Part shown: positions 1 to 16,838 of the stretch, piece after piece
Layout of the letters: every line of letters starts with the position of its first letter
How positions within the stretch are numbered: the first letter of the stretch is position 1
Assembly (NCBI GenBank): GCA_964016885.1
Contig: OZ024749.1
Location: forward strand, 44,268,001-44,332,000
Origin: Eledone cirrhosa
Taxonomy: Eukaryota
Length of the DNA stretch: 64,000 nucleotides
Reading direction: 5' to 3'
The notes under the pieces: model-generated
Databases searched by the model: none
Seen by the model: the letters and a program-made list of their open reading frames with translations, nothing else
What the model was told of the DNA's origin: nothing
Position numbers and translations under genes: made by a program

Positions 1-197
1 TAATATATTCCTTCCATATACTGTACCTATTGTGTTGTTATTTCTGTTTACCTTTTCCATACAGACTTACACACACACACACACACACACACCACACATA
101 TATATATATATATATTATATATATATATATTGTTTTTTTTCTTCGGGAGTGGTCAGTAATCGGGGGTGGGTGTGGAGGGTGGCGGAGGTGGTGGTTT

Positions 198-250
198 GAT
201 ATCCTTGTTCAAATGGCCGTAGTTCAGCCGTCGGAGTCCTGAATCTTTTC
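198..250 (+). mobile_element. Family A element remnant (degenerate hammerhead 3' half)
   Basis: caaatggccgtagttcagccgtcggagtcctga matches the family motif GAAACGGC...AGCCGTCGGGGTCCTGACTC; abuts TA repeats. Confidence 0.55.
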
Positions 251-513
251 ATATAAAAATATACATATCTAGGTATATACATGTATATATACATATACAC
301 ATATCAATGTATATATATATATATGCATATAACGATGGTTGCTAGACACTGTACGGCTTAATTCGGGATGTTTGTTTACAAACACACTGAGCATTATAAT
401 AAATGTACGGTGAATCCATACGTACATATATATATATATATATATGCATGTATGTATATATATATACATACATACTACTGCACGTCTGTATACATATATG
501 TATGTACGTATAC

Positions 514-555
<42 letters not shown>

Positions 556-588
556 TATATATATATATATTCATACATACTCATATAC

Positions 589-683
<95 letters not shown>

Positions 684-814
684 GATATACATACACATAT
701 GTACACATACATACGCATTTATATTACAGAAAAAAATATAATTACACACATACTTATATATATATATATATATATATATACAGTATATATATATATTCAT
801 ACATACTCATATAC

Positions 815-851
<37 letters not shown>

Positions 852-908
852 GATATACATACACATATGTACACATAGATACACATTTATATTACAGAAA
901 GAAATATA

Positions 909-1052
<144 letters not shown>

Positions 1053-1053
1053 T

Positions 1054-1096
<43 letters not shown>

Positions 1097-1379
1097 AAGT
1101 CAAATATTGAAAATTAAAACACAAAAATAAGCCTCATCCACAGGTTTCCGATTAAACCACTTCTGTTGCGACAGAAGTGGATTTAAAAAGAAACCGAAAA
1201 ATTTATTAAAAAATTGTAGAAACAAAGAAAGGAAATGGCGATAGAAAAACATATTTTCTGGTCGATAGATCAGATTGTAAAGAGAAACATCTATATATGT
1301 ATACATATATATATATACACACACATATACACACACACATATTTTATACATATATATGTATGTGTATATACATATATAT

Positions 1380-1446
<67 letters not shown>

Positions 1447-1472
1447 CACACACACACATATATATTTATGAA

Positions 1473-1527
<55 letters not shown>

Positions 1528-1695
1528 GTATATATGTATATATATGTGTGTGTGTGTATATATATATATGTGTATATATAAATATATATATAAATATATA
1601 CATACATATATATATATATATATACATACATACATACACACACTCACGCACACACACACTACTAGACGCACACACACACACACATACATATATAT

Positions 1696-1747
<52 letters not shown>

Positions 1748-2079
1748 ATTTTTTTATTTCTCTTAAATCCTGTGAAACGAATCAATGAATATGTGGATGT
1801 GAAAAGGGTGAAAACAAAACTCCACCGAAATATATAAAAAAAAATAACAACTTCATAAATAATTGACGATAGTAAAACGAAATAAATATAAAACGTAAAA
1901 TATAATAAACATATGGATAGACATACACATTAACATAGACTTAAAAAAATCATATATAACAAACCAACAAAATAAGCATAACTAGAAGAAAAATAATGTT
2001 TATATATAAAGAAATAATTATTAAATATAGAAGGAAAAATTTGAATATATGAAAGAGAATATAATTCATACATTAAAAT

Positions 2080-2197
<118 letters not shown>

Positions 2198-2234
2198 TGT
2201 GTGTGTGTATAGTGATGATTATTTCTATATCTAT

Positions 2235-2270
<36 letters not shown>

Positions 2271-2288
2271 AATATATCAATCTTGAAT

Positions 2289-2379
<91 letters not shown>

Positions 2380-2615
2380 ATACTCACAGACACACAGACA
2401 TATATATAGGGTGGGATATATATATATATACGTATATGTGTGTGTATATTTATATATATATATATATGTATGTATATATATACATATATGTATATATATA
2501 TATAAGTATACATACATATATATGTATATATATATATACACATATATAATTATATATAAACATATATATACATATATATATATAGTACATATGTATATAT
2601 ATTTATATAAATATA

Positions 2616-2655
<40 letters not shown>

Positions 2656-2669
2656 GTTATATAGGTATA

Positions 2670-2720
<51 letters not shown>

Positions 2721-2879
2721 GTTTATATATAATTGTACATTTACACTCCTTAGTAGTAAATATATAAACATATATACACATTTGAATACAAACACACACA
2801 CACACACACACACTCACACACGTTCTCTCCCCCTCTCTCTCACACACAAATGAAAAGACGCACACACACACACACACAC

Positions 2880-2923
<44 letters not shown>

Positions 2924-3426
2924 GTATATATATATAGGTAGATGTATTTCTTTGAATGCATTTTATTTCACGTTTATTTGCTTTGAGTTTTATTCAATTC
3001 TCAATTTATAGCAACATTTACAAAACTCAGCCATGATATAGCTTAAAAGGGTGTTTGCTTGCTTGGTGGGATGTTTGTTTGTGTGATGTTGTTTTCTTTA
3101 ACACCCCCTCACCCTCCTCCTCCGCCACCGCCTTGCCTCATAAGCCCACGTTAAAATGAATGAATGAGTCTTGGTTTATGAGTGCGGTGTGTGTGAATAT
3201 ATGTGTGTGTGTGTGTGTTTGTGTGTCTGCGTGTGTGTCAATGAATAGCTAGGAATGTGGATATACATGTGTACATACTGCAATAATATATATATATATA
3301 TAGTTGTATATATATACGCTTATATATACATCTCTCTCTCTCTCTCTTTTTATGTATATATATATATATATATACAAACATACACATATGCGTACGTAAT
3401 TACGCATCCTATATATATATATATAT

Positions 3427-3495
<69 letters not shown>

Positions 3496-4053
3496 CATAT
3501 AAATACAAACACACACGTATCAGCATGCCTGGGTGTGTAGATGTTTGTCTATGTGTTTGACTGAGAGAGAGAGAGAGAGGGGGGAGAGAGAGAGAGAGAG
3601 AGAGGGAGAGAGGGAGAGAGAGAGAGAGAGGGAGAGAGGGAGAGAGGGAGAGAGAGAGAGAGAGCGAGAGAGAGAGAGAGAGTTTGGGTGGTTTAGGTGA
3701 GTAAAAATAAATGTAATGAAATAAGGAAAAATATTACGAAGAAGGAAATTGAAACGGTTACATTTAATAACATTAAGATTTGACAAAGAAATTCTTTTAA
3801 ATACGTTCTTTCCCCAAGAGAGCACTTTACGGCAGAGCATGTATGGAATATCGTTGGAAATGGCTAATATAAGGTGACAGCATTACAAAACCTAACCAAT
3901 ACAAAGAGGTGATCAATATACCACAGTGCCTTTCAGTTCACCTCTCAATATCCCTGGTTTCGCTTCTACTTTCAGTTTTAGATTCTATCACATTTCTGCC
4001 TTTCGTTTTCATTTCTTTCAATTGGAAGAGAAATAAATATATATAAATGAAAG

Positions 4054-4103
<50 letters not shown>

Positions 4104-4166
4104 TATATATATATATATAAATAAATATATATATATATATATATATTTATATAAATATTTATATAA

Positions 4167-4198
<32 letters not shown>

Positions 4199-4380
4199 AT
4201 ATATATACAGTATATATATACATAAATATATATATATATATATATATATAAATATATATAAATAAATATATATATATAAATATAAAAATGTATATATATG
4301 TCTATATATATATATTCCTTCAAGTGAAAGCAATGTACACATATATATATATATATACATATATATACCCACACACCCAT

Positions 4381-4476
<96 letters not shown>

Positions 4477-4662
4477 TGTTGTTTTGTTTTTATTTTTCCG
4501 TTGTCTCTTTTTTTTGCAGCATATCTCCCCATTTTGTTTTACCTCATGATATTTTAAGTTTTTTGTCTTTTCTTATTTATATATCTTCTAAGATTAGTAT
4601 GTATATATCTATCTATCCATCTATCTGTCAAAAAAAAAAAAAAAAAAGAAACATATCCGTCA

Positions 4663-4738
<76 letters not shown>

Positions 4739-4743
4739 CTCTC

Positions 4744-4814
<71 letters not shown>

Positions 4815-4991
4815 CTCTATTTATCCATCCATCCATCTGTCTATCTGTTTTAAATTAAATTTAAGGTTAAATATTTACTTAAAAATATAAATTTCTTCAT
4901 TAAAATTTGATTTATCCATGCAGCTACCCAATCATACAACACATCTTTTGAAAGACTACAGAAACACACACAATATGCACACAAATGTATC

Positions 4992-5037
<46 letters not shown>

Positions 5038-5039
<2 letters not shown>

Positions 5040-5224
5040 AAGGAGCGAGTAGGACCCCGACGGCTGAGCTCAAGCCGTTTCGACGGCTAATTTTGGACCA
5101 AAATTAGCCGTCGGGGTCCTACTCGTCGGGGTCCTACTCGTTCCTATTACCCACTCTACTACTCTAAGTATTGAGTACTTTGGTGCGTTATGGTCCACCT
5201 GGTTTCCTTACCACATTTCCTTCG

Positions 5225-5226
<2 letters not shown>
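5038..5226 (+). mobile_element. Family A fold-back element in (TA)n
   Basis: Inverted arm (gagtaggaccccgacggct...) turns at ttttggaccaaaa; forward arm gccgtcggggtcctactc (duplicated) plus ~100-nt tail ending ttcgtt-(AT)n. Confidence 0.8.
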
Positions 5227-5316
<90 letters not shown>

Positions 5317-5364
5317 TGAAATTTCCGTTGAAAATTTCCGTTGAAAACAGAAAAGGTCATAGAA

Positions 5365-5429
<65 letters not shown>

Positions 5430-6006
5430 TACATACACACACACATATATATATATATGTGTGTGCGTGAGTGTTATTGAAACATCATCCATTGACTATT
5501 GTTAGCTGATTTTTTTTATTAATGATTCCACTCTCCCGCCACCTGTAATTTTGTAAAAGCTCTTTATATTTTTCTTTTTATAAGGAACAATAAATTTCCT
5601 ATACCTATCAGCATTCCAAGATGTACCCGGCCTTATCTTCTGGATGAAATAACTATATTGGCCGCCATTGTTGCTGTTTCTATTGTAGGTCTGAATCATG
5701 AAAACGATGTGTTCGTTTCTCATTCATTATGGCCAGATTTAAATAATTTTTTTTAACCGCTAACGTCAGATTTCTTTCATCAGTCAGTAAATAGTTTGGC
5801 TGTGGCTGTCTAGTGTATATTTGTTGCTAGGCAGCGCCATCTACATGTTCATTTTTACATTATTACATTCTATTAATATAATTTTCGTGACCAATATTTT
5901 CTTGATTTGCCGTAAAAATTTCTATATAAAATAGTAGTAATATCAAGTAACATATTTTTTGATTACTTTATCAAATTTTATTTCATATTCCCTATGCACA
6001 CACACA

Positions 6007-6107
<101 letters not shown>

Positions 6108-6335
6108 GCGCACACACACACACACACGCACACACACACACACACACATGCACACACACACACACATACATATACATATGTACATATATATATACACACA
6201 TATGCATGTTACAATTTCTCTTCGGTTTAGATGCATCGTTAACTGGAGAGAAACTTAGTTCTTTCTCTGAAGGTGTACAGTGAATATATATACACACATA
6301 TAAATATATTATATATATATGTATTATATATATAT

Positions 6336-6458
6336 GAAAAGAGTCAGGACCCCGATGGCTGAGCTCCAGCCGTTTCGACAGCTTGATCCGAATATATATA
6401 TATATATATATATAGGAGAAAGTATGACCCCGACGGCAGAGCTCAAGCCGTTTCGACG
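6336..6458 (-). mobile_element. Two short family A remnants separated by (TA)n
   Basis: gaccccgatggctgagctccagccgtttcgacagc and gaccccgacggcagagctcaagccgtttcgac. Confidence 0.75.
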
Positions 6459-7094
6459 ATATATATACAAACATACACTCACATACACATACACCCACAA
6501 AGATACACAGCAAACACACACACAGTGAAATCATGCACACAAACACATCATACAGAATCACATAACATATTCACACTCATACAAACACACACACGCACAC
6601 ACACATACACACAGTCATACAAACACACACACACACATACACACAGTTATACAAACACACACACACACACAAACTCACACACACAATGCCAACACATTAT
6701 TTCCATAATTCTTTTTACTTTCATTTTAGCAACCGCATACATATAAAAGAATAAAAGAATGAAAGAATGACATAATAGAAGAATAAAAGAATCGAGGAAT
6801 AAAATAATATAAAATTCATGACAGAAGGAATGAAAGGATGTCAATGAAAGGGTGAAAGATATTTGAATAGGGAGAGTTTTGCCGAACAGCATCACTGACC
6901 TCTGACAAATATGTTATGTAAGTCGAGAAACACATGAGACTTTGGAGAATGATCGCAACAGATGAGGATTGGAAAGAAAATTTCATACGCATACATATAC
7001 TCATATATAAACACACACACACACACACACGCATACACACACCCACCAACACATGCTCACACACACACAAACACAAACACACACACACACACAC

Positions 7095-7134
<40 letters not shown>

Positions 7135-7136
<2 letters not shown>

Positions 7137-7307
7137 GTTTCTACGTTAAGCACAAGGCCAGCAATTACCCAGTGCATTACTGGTTCTTTATTTTATCGAC
7201 CCCGTAAGGATGAAAGGCAAAGTTAACCTCGGCGTGATTTGAACTCAGAATGGCATGACGTCAAAGCATGGCGTCCGACCCTCTACCAATACTGCCAATC
7301 CACCGCA
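7135..7307 (-). mobile_element. tRNA-derived SINE, family S2
   Basis: Minus strand: ggtggattggcagtattggtagag head, B-box gagttcaaatc, core gcctttcatccttacggggtcgataaaat; about ten copies in window. Confidence 0.9.
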
Positions 7308-7788
7308 TATATATATAATGATGAATGAAAAATGGCGTGATGTGTTGTTGCAAATGTGATATACAAATTAAAATGAAGAATTAGAAATAGAAGCCAGGAC
7401 TATCCATCATCAGTGGTCTACTAGCCATCATAGGTATTTCTTCGCATTACAGACCAGATACCTCGGGCGAGCGCGATACAATAACTAAAATAAGTTATTG
7501 GGATAAAAAGAATTGGGTGGAGAAAGAGAGACAGGTAAACAAACATGAATGGTGAGGCGAAAAATGAGAAAATCAAGTCAATGATTCATATATCTAACTA
7601 TCTGTTAATCAACTCTAGATATATGAAGAATGTTTGACGGGTAAAAGGTGGGATGAAAGAGTCTGGTGTGAGGGTGGGGATAGGGATAGGGGGGACGAGA
7701 GGATTGAGCAAGAGTGAATTAAGGATAAACAAAAAAATGAGTGAAATTAATAAAATTGATATGAAAGAGCGGAAACAGACCCACTCAT

Positions 7789-7850
<62 letters not shown>

Positions 7851-7960
7851 CGAGAGGGGAGAGAGAGAGAGAGAGAAAGAGAAAGAGAATACCTACAAAC
7901 CATTCACCAGACACACATACCTGAATGCATGCATACTTATATATACATACATATAAATAT

Positions 7961-8042
<82 letters not shown>

Positions 8043-8163
8043 CTGAATGTGTGTATGTATATTATATATATATGTATGTATGTTTTAATTTTGGTTTGTT
8101 ATATATATATATATATATATACATATATACATATATACATATATCTCATATATATATACATAT

Positions 8164-8232
<69 letters not shown>

Positions 8233-8292
8233 TATAGATATATATGCCATATATATATTATATATATATATATATATCACATATATATATAT

Positions 8293-8324
<32 letters not shown>

Positions 8325-8672
8325 CACACATACATACATATATATATATACTATCAGACATATATACACACATATACAAACATATTTGAACAATGAAACA
8401 TAGCTATTGAGAGACGAAGACACGAAAGTATTGGTGGGTATGAGAGTACAAAACCAATTGTTTGAGAAGAGCTGAGATTATAATAGATGGTGTCTGTATG
8501 TAAGTTATAAATATCTCTATAAAGCTTATATCCATCCCTGCCATATTCACCTAAAATGGCGTACAATTATGAACGCAAATGATTGTAAGCATATCAATGC
8601 ATTGTAAATAGTTCTATATCAATAAAGTGACAAATATCTGATACATACATGCACACAAACACACACACACAG

Positions 8673-8812
<140 letters not shown>

Positions 8813-8914
8813 TTATAAATATATATACATATATATATACATTTATAAATACACAAATACACATACACACACACACATATATATATATACATATATATAC
8901 ATATACATTTATAA

Positions 8915-8974
<60 letters not shown>

Positions 8975-8978
8975 TTAT

Positions 8979-9036
<58 letters not shown>

Positions 9037-9107
9037 TTATAAATGTAGTAGATTTAGTATATTTCCACTCACATAATATATACATATACATATGTATATA
9101 TTGTATA

Positions 9108-9139
<32 letters not shown>

Positions 9140-9322
9140 CATATATATATACATATGTATATGTATATATTATGTGAGTGGAAATATACTACATGATGAA
9201 GATCAAGTCATTTTCCTTTGTGCACACACACACACACACACCCATACACAAACATATACATATAAGTATGTGTGTGTGAATTAATATACATACATTTACA
9301 CACAGAAAAGTAACCACTTTCA

Positions 9323-9357
<35 letters not shown>

Positions 9358-9370
9358 CACACACACACAG

Positions 9371-9434
<64 letters not shown>

Positions 9435-9472
9435 TACTATTTGTGCCGATATTACATGGATATATATATATG

Positions 9473-9580
<108 letters not shown>

Positions 9581-9612
9581 ACTCTATATATATATATATA
9601 TATATATATTAT

Positions 9613-9682
<70 letters not shown>

Positions 9683-10006
9683 CATATATATATATATCCA
9701 TGTAATATCGGCACAAATCCAAGTAGTTTCTAACATAACATTACATATTAATACAAGATTCTTCACAATAATAAAAGAAATTCACACAATAATGCTTCAT
9801 TGTTCCTTTAAACGCTTCTCTATGTCGGCCTTTTCTCTTATTCTTCTATTTTCCTTCCTTCACTTGCTGTCATTCTTTGTTCTTTCATACACTCGTTTAT
9901 TTTTCATTCATTGAATCATTTGGTCATTTACACTGCACATATGTGACTATCATATATACATATATATATGTATGTATACGTATATATATATATATATATA
10001 TGTATA

Positions 10007-10065
<59 letters not shown>

Positions 10066-10158
10066 ATACATATATATATATATACATATATTGTATATAT
10101 ATATATATATATATGTATACACATATTCATACACACACACACATATATATATACACTC

Positions 10159-10208
<50 letters not shown>

Positions 10209-10269
10209 CTCCATATATACATACATTATATATGTGAGTATATGTATATATATATATACATACATTATA

Positions 10270-10370
<101 letters not shown>

Positions 10371-10710
10371 TTTTAATAATTTTAGTCATTTGATGGCGAC
10401 CATTTTGGTACATTGCTTTTAATTGTTTTCAGTTTTGTTGTACTTTTATGGTTTTGTTGTACTTTTATAGTAGCAGATCATTTCTGACTGTACCCTTAAA
10501 TAGTTGGCTGGTCCGGTATCGTTGTTAGGGGTTCATCCAATGTTTTTGTTTATGAGCATTTCAATAGAGGACCCTTTTATGGTCCCAATTTATTTAGGTA
10601 GGGAACTGAACACTTGACCGCCTCTAAATATCTGACTGGCTCAATAGAACGTGTTTCTTTGCGATTTTGAATTTGGTATATTTAGAAGCTCTTAATGTTT
10701 AGAGACGGTT

Positions 10711-10928
10711 GTGAAGGCGTGTGGCTGAGTGTTTAGAGAATTGGATTCACAATCTTGAGGTTGTGAGTTCGAGTCCTGGAGCGGTCGATGCGTTATGTCC
10801 TTGAGCAAGACATTTTATTTCACGTTGCTCCTTCTACCTGGAGTTGCGACCGATAGATAGTATTAGCAATTGGAAAGACCGATGGAAACATTGTTTCCTC
10901 GGTCCGATTTGACGAAAGTCGATCGATC
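10711..10928 (+). mobile_element. tRNA-derived SINE, family S1 (full length)
   Basis: A-box-like tggctgagtg, B-box gagttcgagtcc, core gtccttgagcaagac, tail ...gacgaaagtcgatcg; 7 copies in window. Confidence 0.92.
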
Positions 10929-11004
10929 CTTAAAATGTTTAACAGTTCCTCAATTAACATCTCTTTTAATGACGAAGTTGGGCACATACTAAAGACTTCC
11001 TCGA

Positions 11005-11256
11005 GCCCGGAGGCCTCTCAGACTGGAACTTATCCCGGTTTCCTTGGCGTGAAGCGACTGAGAATACAAGACTCTCCATGACAAGACGTTAGTCCGTCAT
11101 TGGGTTAATCCTCCAGATATTGCTGATACTCATTTTCAGATGAGTATACTGGAGCAACGTGAAATGAAGTGTTTTGTTAAAGAACACAACCCACAACCCA
11201 TTCCAAGAATCGCACCCACGACATTATGATTGCAAGACCAACACCTTTAACACAAG
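11005..11256 (-). mobile_element. tRNA-derived SINE, family S3 (S1-like head and core, different 3' part)
   Basis: Shares cacttcatttcacgttgctccagtatactca with 53266-53450; degenerate tRNA-like head near 11200-11256. Confidence 0.7.
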
Positions 11257-11264
11257 GTCAGATA

Positions 11265-11302
<38 letters not shown>

Positions 11303-11694
11303 CTCTTCGTCATTCAAGGGAGTAGACAGGCAGTAATTAAAGCTATTGAATAAAGTTACTTTACTAGTGAACGCTCTCTGTAGTCCTTCAATTTCTATAA
11401 TAGACCAGGTGTGTTTAGAGACAAGTAAATTGTGAACATTAATCAAGACAGCACTAAGTTATTCTATAGTACCAGCATAACTATTGTTCTCTTGCTACTA
11501 GGTCAGATGTGTCTGTTAAAAGATCCATCATTTGACATAATTATTCAAAAGTCGTGTATTTTATTCGAGCCTTGCATTGTGTTATCTGGAGTCAAATAAT
11601 GTATATTGTGTGTTTCAAATTTGAAATGAAAGACCTGTAATTTTGATACGGTGAATTTCATATTTACATCTTCACATCGATAAATGTAGTTTGG

Positions 11695-11725
<31 letters not shown>

Positions 11726-11742
11726 AACTACACATTACAGAT

Positions 11743-11856
<114 letters not shown>

Positions 11857-11873
11857 AACTACACATTACAGAT

Positions 11874-11920
<47 letters not shown>

Positions 11921-12258
11921 CACACATATATAAATATAAAGTATATGTAATATATATTTCATTTCATTTATAATTACATTCATATAGATGCATTCGTATA
12001 CAAACATATCCCAACAGACATAGCAATATATGTGACATGTATATTTTTTTTCATAAGGATCCTCGAAGCTCAGGAATAAATTTCGGGTGAAAATTATTTG
12101 TAAATGTCTATAATAGAATTTTAATCAAATTGCTTGGGTTGTCAGACAAGAATGGCAATTGACAATTTAATAATGGATTTGAAGTATTTTCGTCACCACA
12201 CAGTCAATTATTAAGTCCTGCTTATCAGCTGCTACGAGCAGCAATGACCATCATCACA

Positions 12259-12338
<80 letters not shown>

Positions 12339-12398
12339 TTGCGTGTACACATATATATATATACATTTATTAAAAACATTTTTCTATTTATCTAACTA

Positions 12399-12439
<41 letters not shown>

Positions 12440-12456
12440 TCTCTCTCTATATATAA

Positions 12457-12509
<53 letters not shown>

Positions 12510-12536
12510 TTTATATATATAAGTTTATATATATAA

Positions 12537-12785
12537 GTTTATCCCGTTTCAATCTGGGGTAACCACAGTAAGTAAGGTACTCAATGCATAACAGAGTATA
12601 AATATTTAATATAAATGGCTCTACAGGACTAGAACTGTTTCATTCGGGAAGCCGCTTCCTGATGATTTCTCCCGAATGAAACAGTTCTAGTCCTATAGAA
12701 CCATTTCTATATTAAATATTTATACTCTGCTATGTATTGAGTACCTTACTTACTGTGGTTACCCCAGATTGAACCCGTGATAAAC
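12537..12785. mobile_element. Family B fold-back element with hammerhead-like core
   Basis: ~115-bp diverged inverted arms, both ends on (TA)n; CTGATGA at 12659 followed by TTTCTCCCGAAT-GAAAC. Confidence 0.85.
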
Positions 12786-12804
12786 TTATATATATATATA
12801 TATA

Positions 12805-12946
12805 GGATCGATGGACTTTCGTCAAATCGGACCGAGGAAACAATGTTTCCATTGGTCTTTCCTATTGCTAATACTATCTATCGGTCGCAACTCCAGGTAG
12901 AAGGAACAACGTGAAATAAAGTGTCTTGCTCAAGGACATAACGCAT
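12805..12946 (-). mobile_element. SINE S1, 5'-truncated
   Basis: Reverse complement of S1 core and tail. Confidence 0.9.
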
Positions 12947-13159
12947 ATATATAATATTAAAATATAGACATAACGCATATATATAATATTAAAATATAGA
13001 CATAACGCATATATATAATATTAAAATATAGACATGTATCTGTTGATTGGTATCGAGCATTGACTTAAGCACTTGATTTCAGTCAATCCTATATTCAGAG
13101 ACTTCAGTTATATATATCAGGATAGAACCAGTTTGAATCTAGTTAGACCTTTACTCAAC

Positions 13160-13277
13160 AGAGTACACGATACTCAGGGTAGGGTAGTAGGGTATGGCTA
13201 TATTATAACAGCTAGTTCCAGACTCTGGAACTAGCTGTTGTAACGGCAAGAGCTGAGCCGTCGTATCCTGACTCTTT
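13160..13277. mobile_element. Family A degenerate fold-back
   Basis: Palindrome acagctagttccaga-c-tctggaactagctgt followed by taacggcaagagctgagccgtcg; inverted tail on the left. Confidence 0.65.
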
Positions 13278-13347
<70 letters not shown>

Positions 13348-13444
13348 TATATATACATATATAAAACTACGACAAATCACCTCTACTGAAAGCGCCGTGC
13401 ATATCCACTTTTAAGTCTTAGACAGTTCACTAAACCCTTCACTT

Positions 13445-13656
13445 GTTTTTCTTCTTCTTCTTGAGAGTCCCCAAACTCTCCTTCCTGTCAGAAGCAACCG
13501 TCTCTAATTGATCCAGCTAGATCCCCAAGTGAGACCGGCCAAGCTCATGGATATTGTCCACTCTTTTTACTCTGGGTGTACCTTTGGGTCTCCTGCCTGC
13601 TGGTCTTGCCTGTAAAATCTGTCCAGTGATTCTTTCCTGAGACATTCTTACTACCT
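13445..13656 (-). mobile_element. RTE-clade LINE 3' fragment with (GAA)n tail
   Basis: Minus translation VVRMSQERITGQILQARPAGRRPKGTPRVKRVDNIHELG; homologous to 26086-26274. Confidence 0.8.
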
Positions 13657-13943
13657 TAACCACCAGAAGAACTTCGTCAAATTAGCCAATAGCGCAATGC
13701 CTGGGCGCTGATTCATTATTACAATAGAGGTTTTGAAATGAGTACTTATGACTCTTTCTGTATGTTCTAGTAATTAGCATCATACAGAAAGGTGAGGAAC
13801 GGCCTACCTTTCTGTAAGTTCCTGTGCTCCTTATGGAATAACAACTTGGGTTTCATTCTGAGTGAATTGACTGAGTTCCTTTGTTGTTATAGTGCATGAG
13901 TAACGATAAGGGAGTTGTGTGTTTGGGTGTATATATATATATA

Positions 13944-14080
13944 TAACGAAAGAAGTGTGGTAAGGAACCAGGTGGACCATAACGCACCAGAGTACTCGAT
14001 ACTTAGGGTAGGAAAAGAGTCAGGAAACCGACGGCTGAGCTCTGGCCGTTTCGACAGCTAGATCTGAACTAACCCTTTTC

Positions 14081-14082
<2 letters not shown>
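13944..14082 (-). mobile_element. Family A element in (TA)n
   Basis: Reverse complement: ttcagatctagctgtcGAAACGGCcagagctcaGCCGTC plus family tail ending ttcgtt-(AT)n. Confidence 0.8.
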
Positions 14083-14143
<61 letters not shown>

Positions 14144-14193
14144 AGTAACAGCCGTACTAAGAGTGGGAAATGAAATTTCGTTTCATTTTTTCC

Positions 14194-14239
<46 letters not shown>

Positions 14240-14280
14240 TTATATATATATACATATACACATATATATGTGTATATATG

Positions 14281-14550
<270 letters not shown>

Positions 14551-14559
14551 CATATATAC

Positions 14560-14590
<31 letters not shown>

Positions 14591-14599
14591 CATATATAC

Positions 14600-14728
<129 letters not shown>

Positions 14729-14949
14729 TTAACACACATATAAACATATATAAATGTGAAAAGCTAAACTAATTCGGAATTCGCACCTTCGCTTTTTCCT
14801 GGTTAACTGCTATATGCAGTTTTGTGGCGATTCGGTTCGACAGAGAATGATGTAGACAGATAGATAGGTAGATAGACAGATAGATAGAAGAAAAGAGGGT
14901 GGTGACGGAGAGGGGATAGAAAAAGGAAAACAGACAGAAAAGAAAGAGA

Positions 14950-14980
<31 letters not shown>

Positions 14981-15168
14981 ACAGAGGGAGACAGAGAAAA
15001 GAGAAAGAGAAAAAGAGAGAGAGAGTAGAGATGGAGAAAGAGAGAGAGAAAGACAGGAGAGAGAAAGAGAGAAAGAGACAGAGAAAGAGAGAAAGAGAAA
15101 GATAAAGTGAGAAAGAGAGAGCGAAAAGGAGAAAGAAAGAGAGAGAAAGGAACAGAGAAAGAGAGAAA

Positions 15169-15226
<58 letters not shown>

Positions 15227-15995
15227 GTGAGAGAGAAATAGAGAAAGAAAGAGAGAGGAAGGAACAGAGAAAGAGAGAAAAAAAGAGAAAAAGAGAGATA
15301 GAAGAGAGAGAGAGAGAAAAAGAGAAAGAGAAAGAGGAAATGAGAGATAGATAGAGAGAGAGAGAGAGAGAAATATGAAGAGAAAGAAAGGCAGTGAGAA
15401 AAACAGTGACATATATTATAATCAGAGAGAAAATGTAAGAAAAAGAATTATACTTATCTCACGACGGACCTTTTTGTTGAGCTTCATTTCCATCTTTACG
15501 TTTTCATTTTCTTTTCTTTATCCTTTTCCACCATTTCTGGTGTCTATTTCCTGTTTGTGGCAGCTAGTCAGATGTTAGCATTGGATGAATTAGCTTAATT
15601 TTGTGTTAATAAGTTAATTAAAGCCAGTTAATTCTGTCTATTGAAATAGAGACGGAGAGTCTTATTTTCAACTAGGAGGCAAGTTTCAGTTACAAAAGGT
15701 AGAGCAATGATTCGACCCTTTACAATTGAAATATGATGATTATATTGGCTCAAGGGATCAATTTAGAAACACGGTTCGATGATTCACTTGTCTTCATTAC
15801 ATACTGTATTTAAATATATGAATTCTTAGGTTCTGTTCAGGTTCTGTATATACGAGTCTTTGGTGAGGGGGAGTGAGGGAGTGAGGGAGTGAGGGAGTGT
15901 AGGAGTTGGGGAGAGAGAGATTTAGAGAATTGATATAGAGGAGGAAGAGCAGAAGAGCAGAAGATTTAAATACCGAGATGACACACGTTCACACA

Positions 15996-16035
<40 letters not shown>

Positions 16036-16073
16036 TATATATACATATATATACACACATACATATGTATTAT

Positions 16074-16118
<45 letters not shown>

Positions 16119-16135
16119 GTATATGTATATATATA

Positions 16136-16203
<68 letters not shown>

Positions 16204-16255
16204 TGCGTATGTGGTGTGTGGGTGTAAGTGTGGATATATATCTATGCATTTAAAC

Positions 16256-16298
<43 letters not shown>

Positions 16299-16302
<4 letters not shown>

Positions 16303-16506
16303 AGGCGTGTGGCTGAGTGGTTAGAGAATTGGATACGCAATCGTGAGGTTGTGAGTTCGATTCCTGGATCGACCGTGATGCGTTATGTCCTTGAGCAAGA
16401 CACTTTATTTCACGTTGCTCCTTCTACCTGGAGTTGCGACCGATAGATAGTATTAGCAATTGGTATTAGCATTGTTTCCTCGGTCCGATTTGACGAAAGT
16501 CGATCG
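16299..16506 (+). mobile_element. SINE S1
   Basis: Full head, core and tail match to 10711-10928, with a small internal rearrangement. Confidence 0.92.
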
Positions 16507-16838
16507 CTAAAAAAAAAATATATATATATATAAATACATAGGATAATGTAGTCCTACTACATTTAAATACTGGTCATATAAATACATATATATATATAAA
16601 TATATATGTAGCCGTTCAATGAAGAGAATCTTTAGAATACGAAATTCAATTTTTTATCAAATATTTAACCTTAGTACTCGTAGGTTTAAGTTAAAGTTAG
16701 TGTTAGACTTTCAATGAGTTACTTTAAAAAGCCCAGAGACTAGATATAAATCTCTCGTGCAACCCACAAAGTTGTACTGGTCACATAAATGCAATTACAA
16801 TGCTGATTCATAGACAAAGGCGGGGAATTAAGTTGTTT

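Larger units (their letters stand above)
10480..11690 (-). mobile_element. Degenerate CR1-like LINE ORF2 3' end, interrupted by two SINEs and (TA)n
   Basis: Minus-strand translations IEGLQRAFTSKV, LYSLE*RRE, RGGQVFSSLP and LDEPLTTIPDQP resemble CR1-group RT C-termini. Confidence 0.6.

Noticed and set aside
1158-1181. Hairpin ccacttctgt-tgcg-acagaagtgg as a terminator or Helitron end
   Set aside because: Single occurrence, no CTRR end at the expected spacing; bacterial terminators do not apply here.
5502-5723. 73-aa minus ORF in a unique island
   Set aside because: No recognisable motif; possibly a decayed transposon but unsupported.
5771-5783. Minus-strand CTGATGA-AA-GAAA as a hammerhead
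   Set aside because: No stem II, and no stem III/NUH or stem I complement found.
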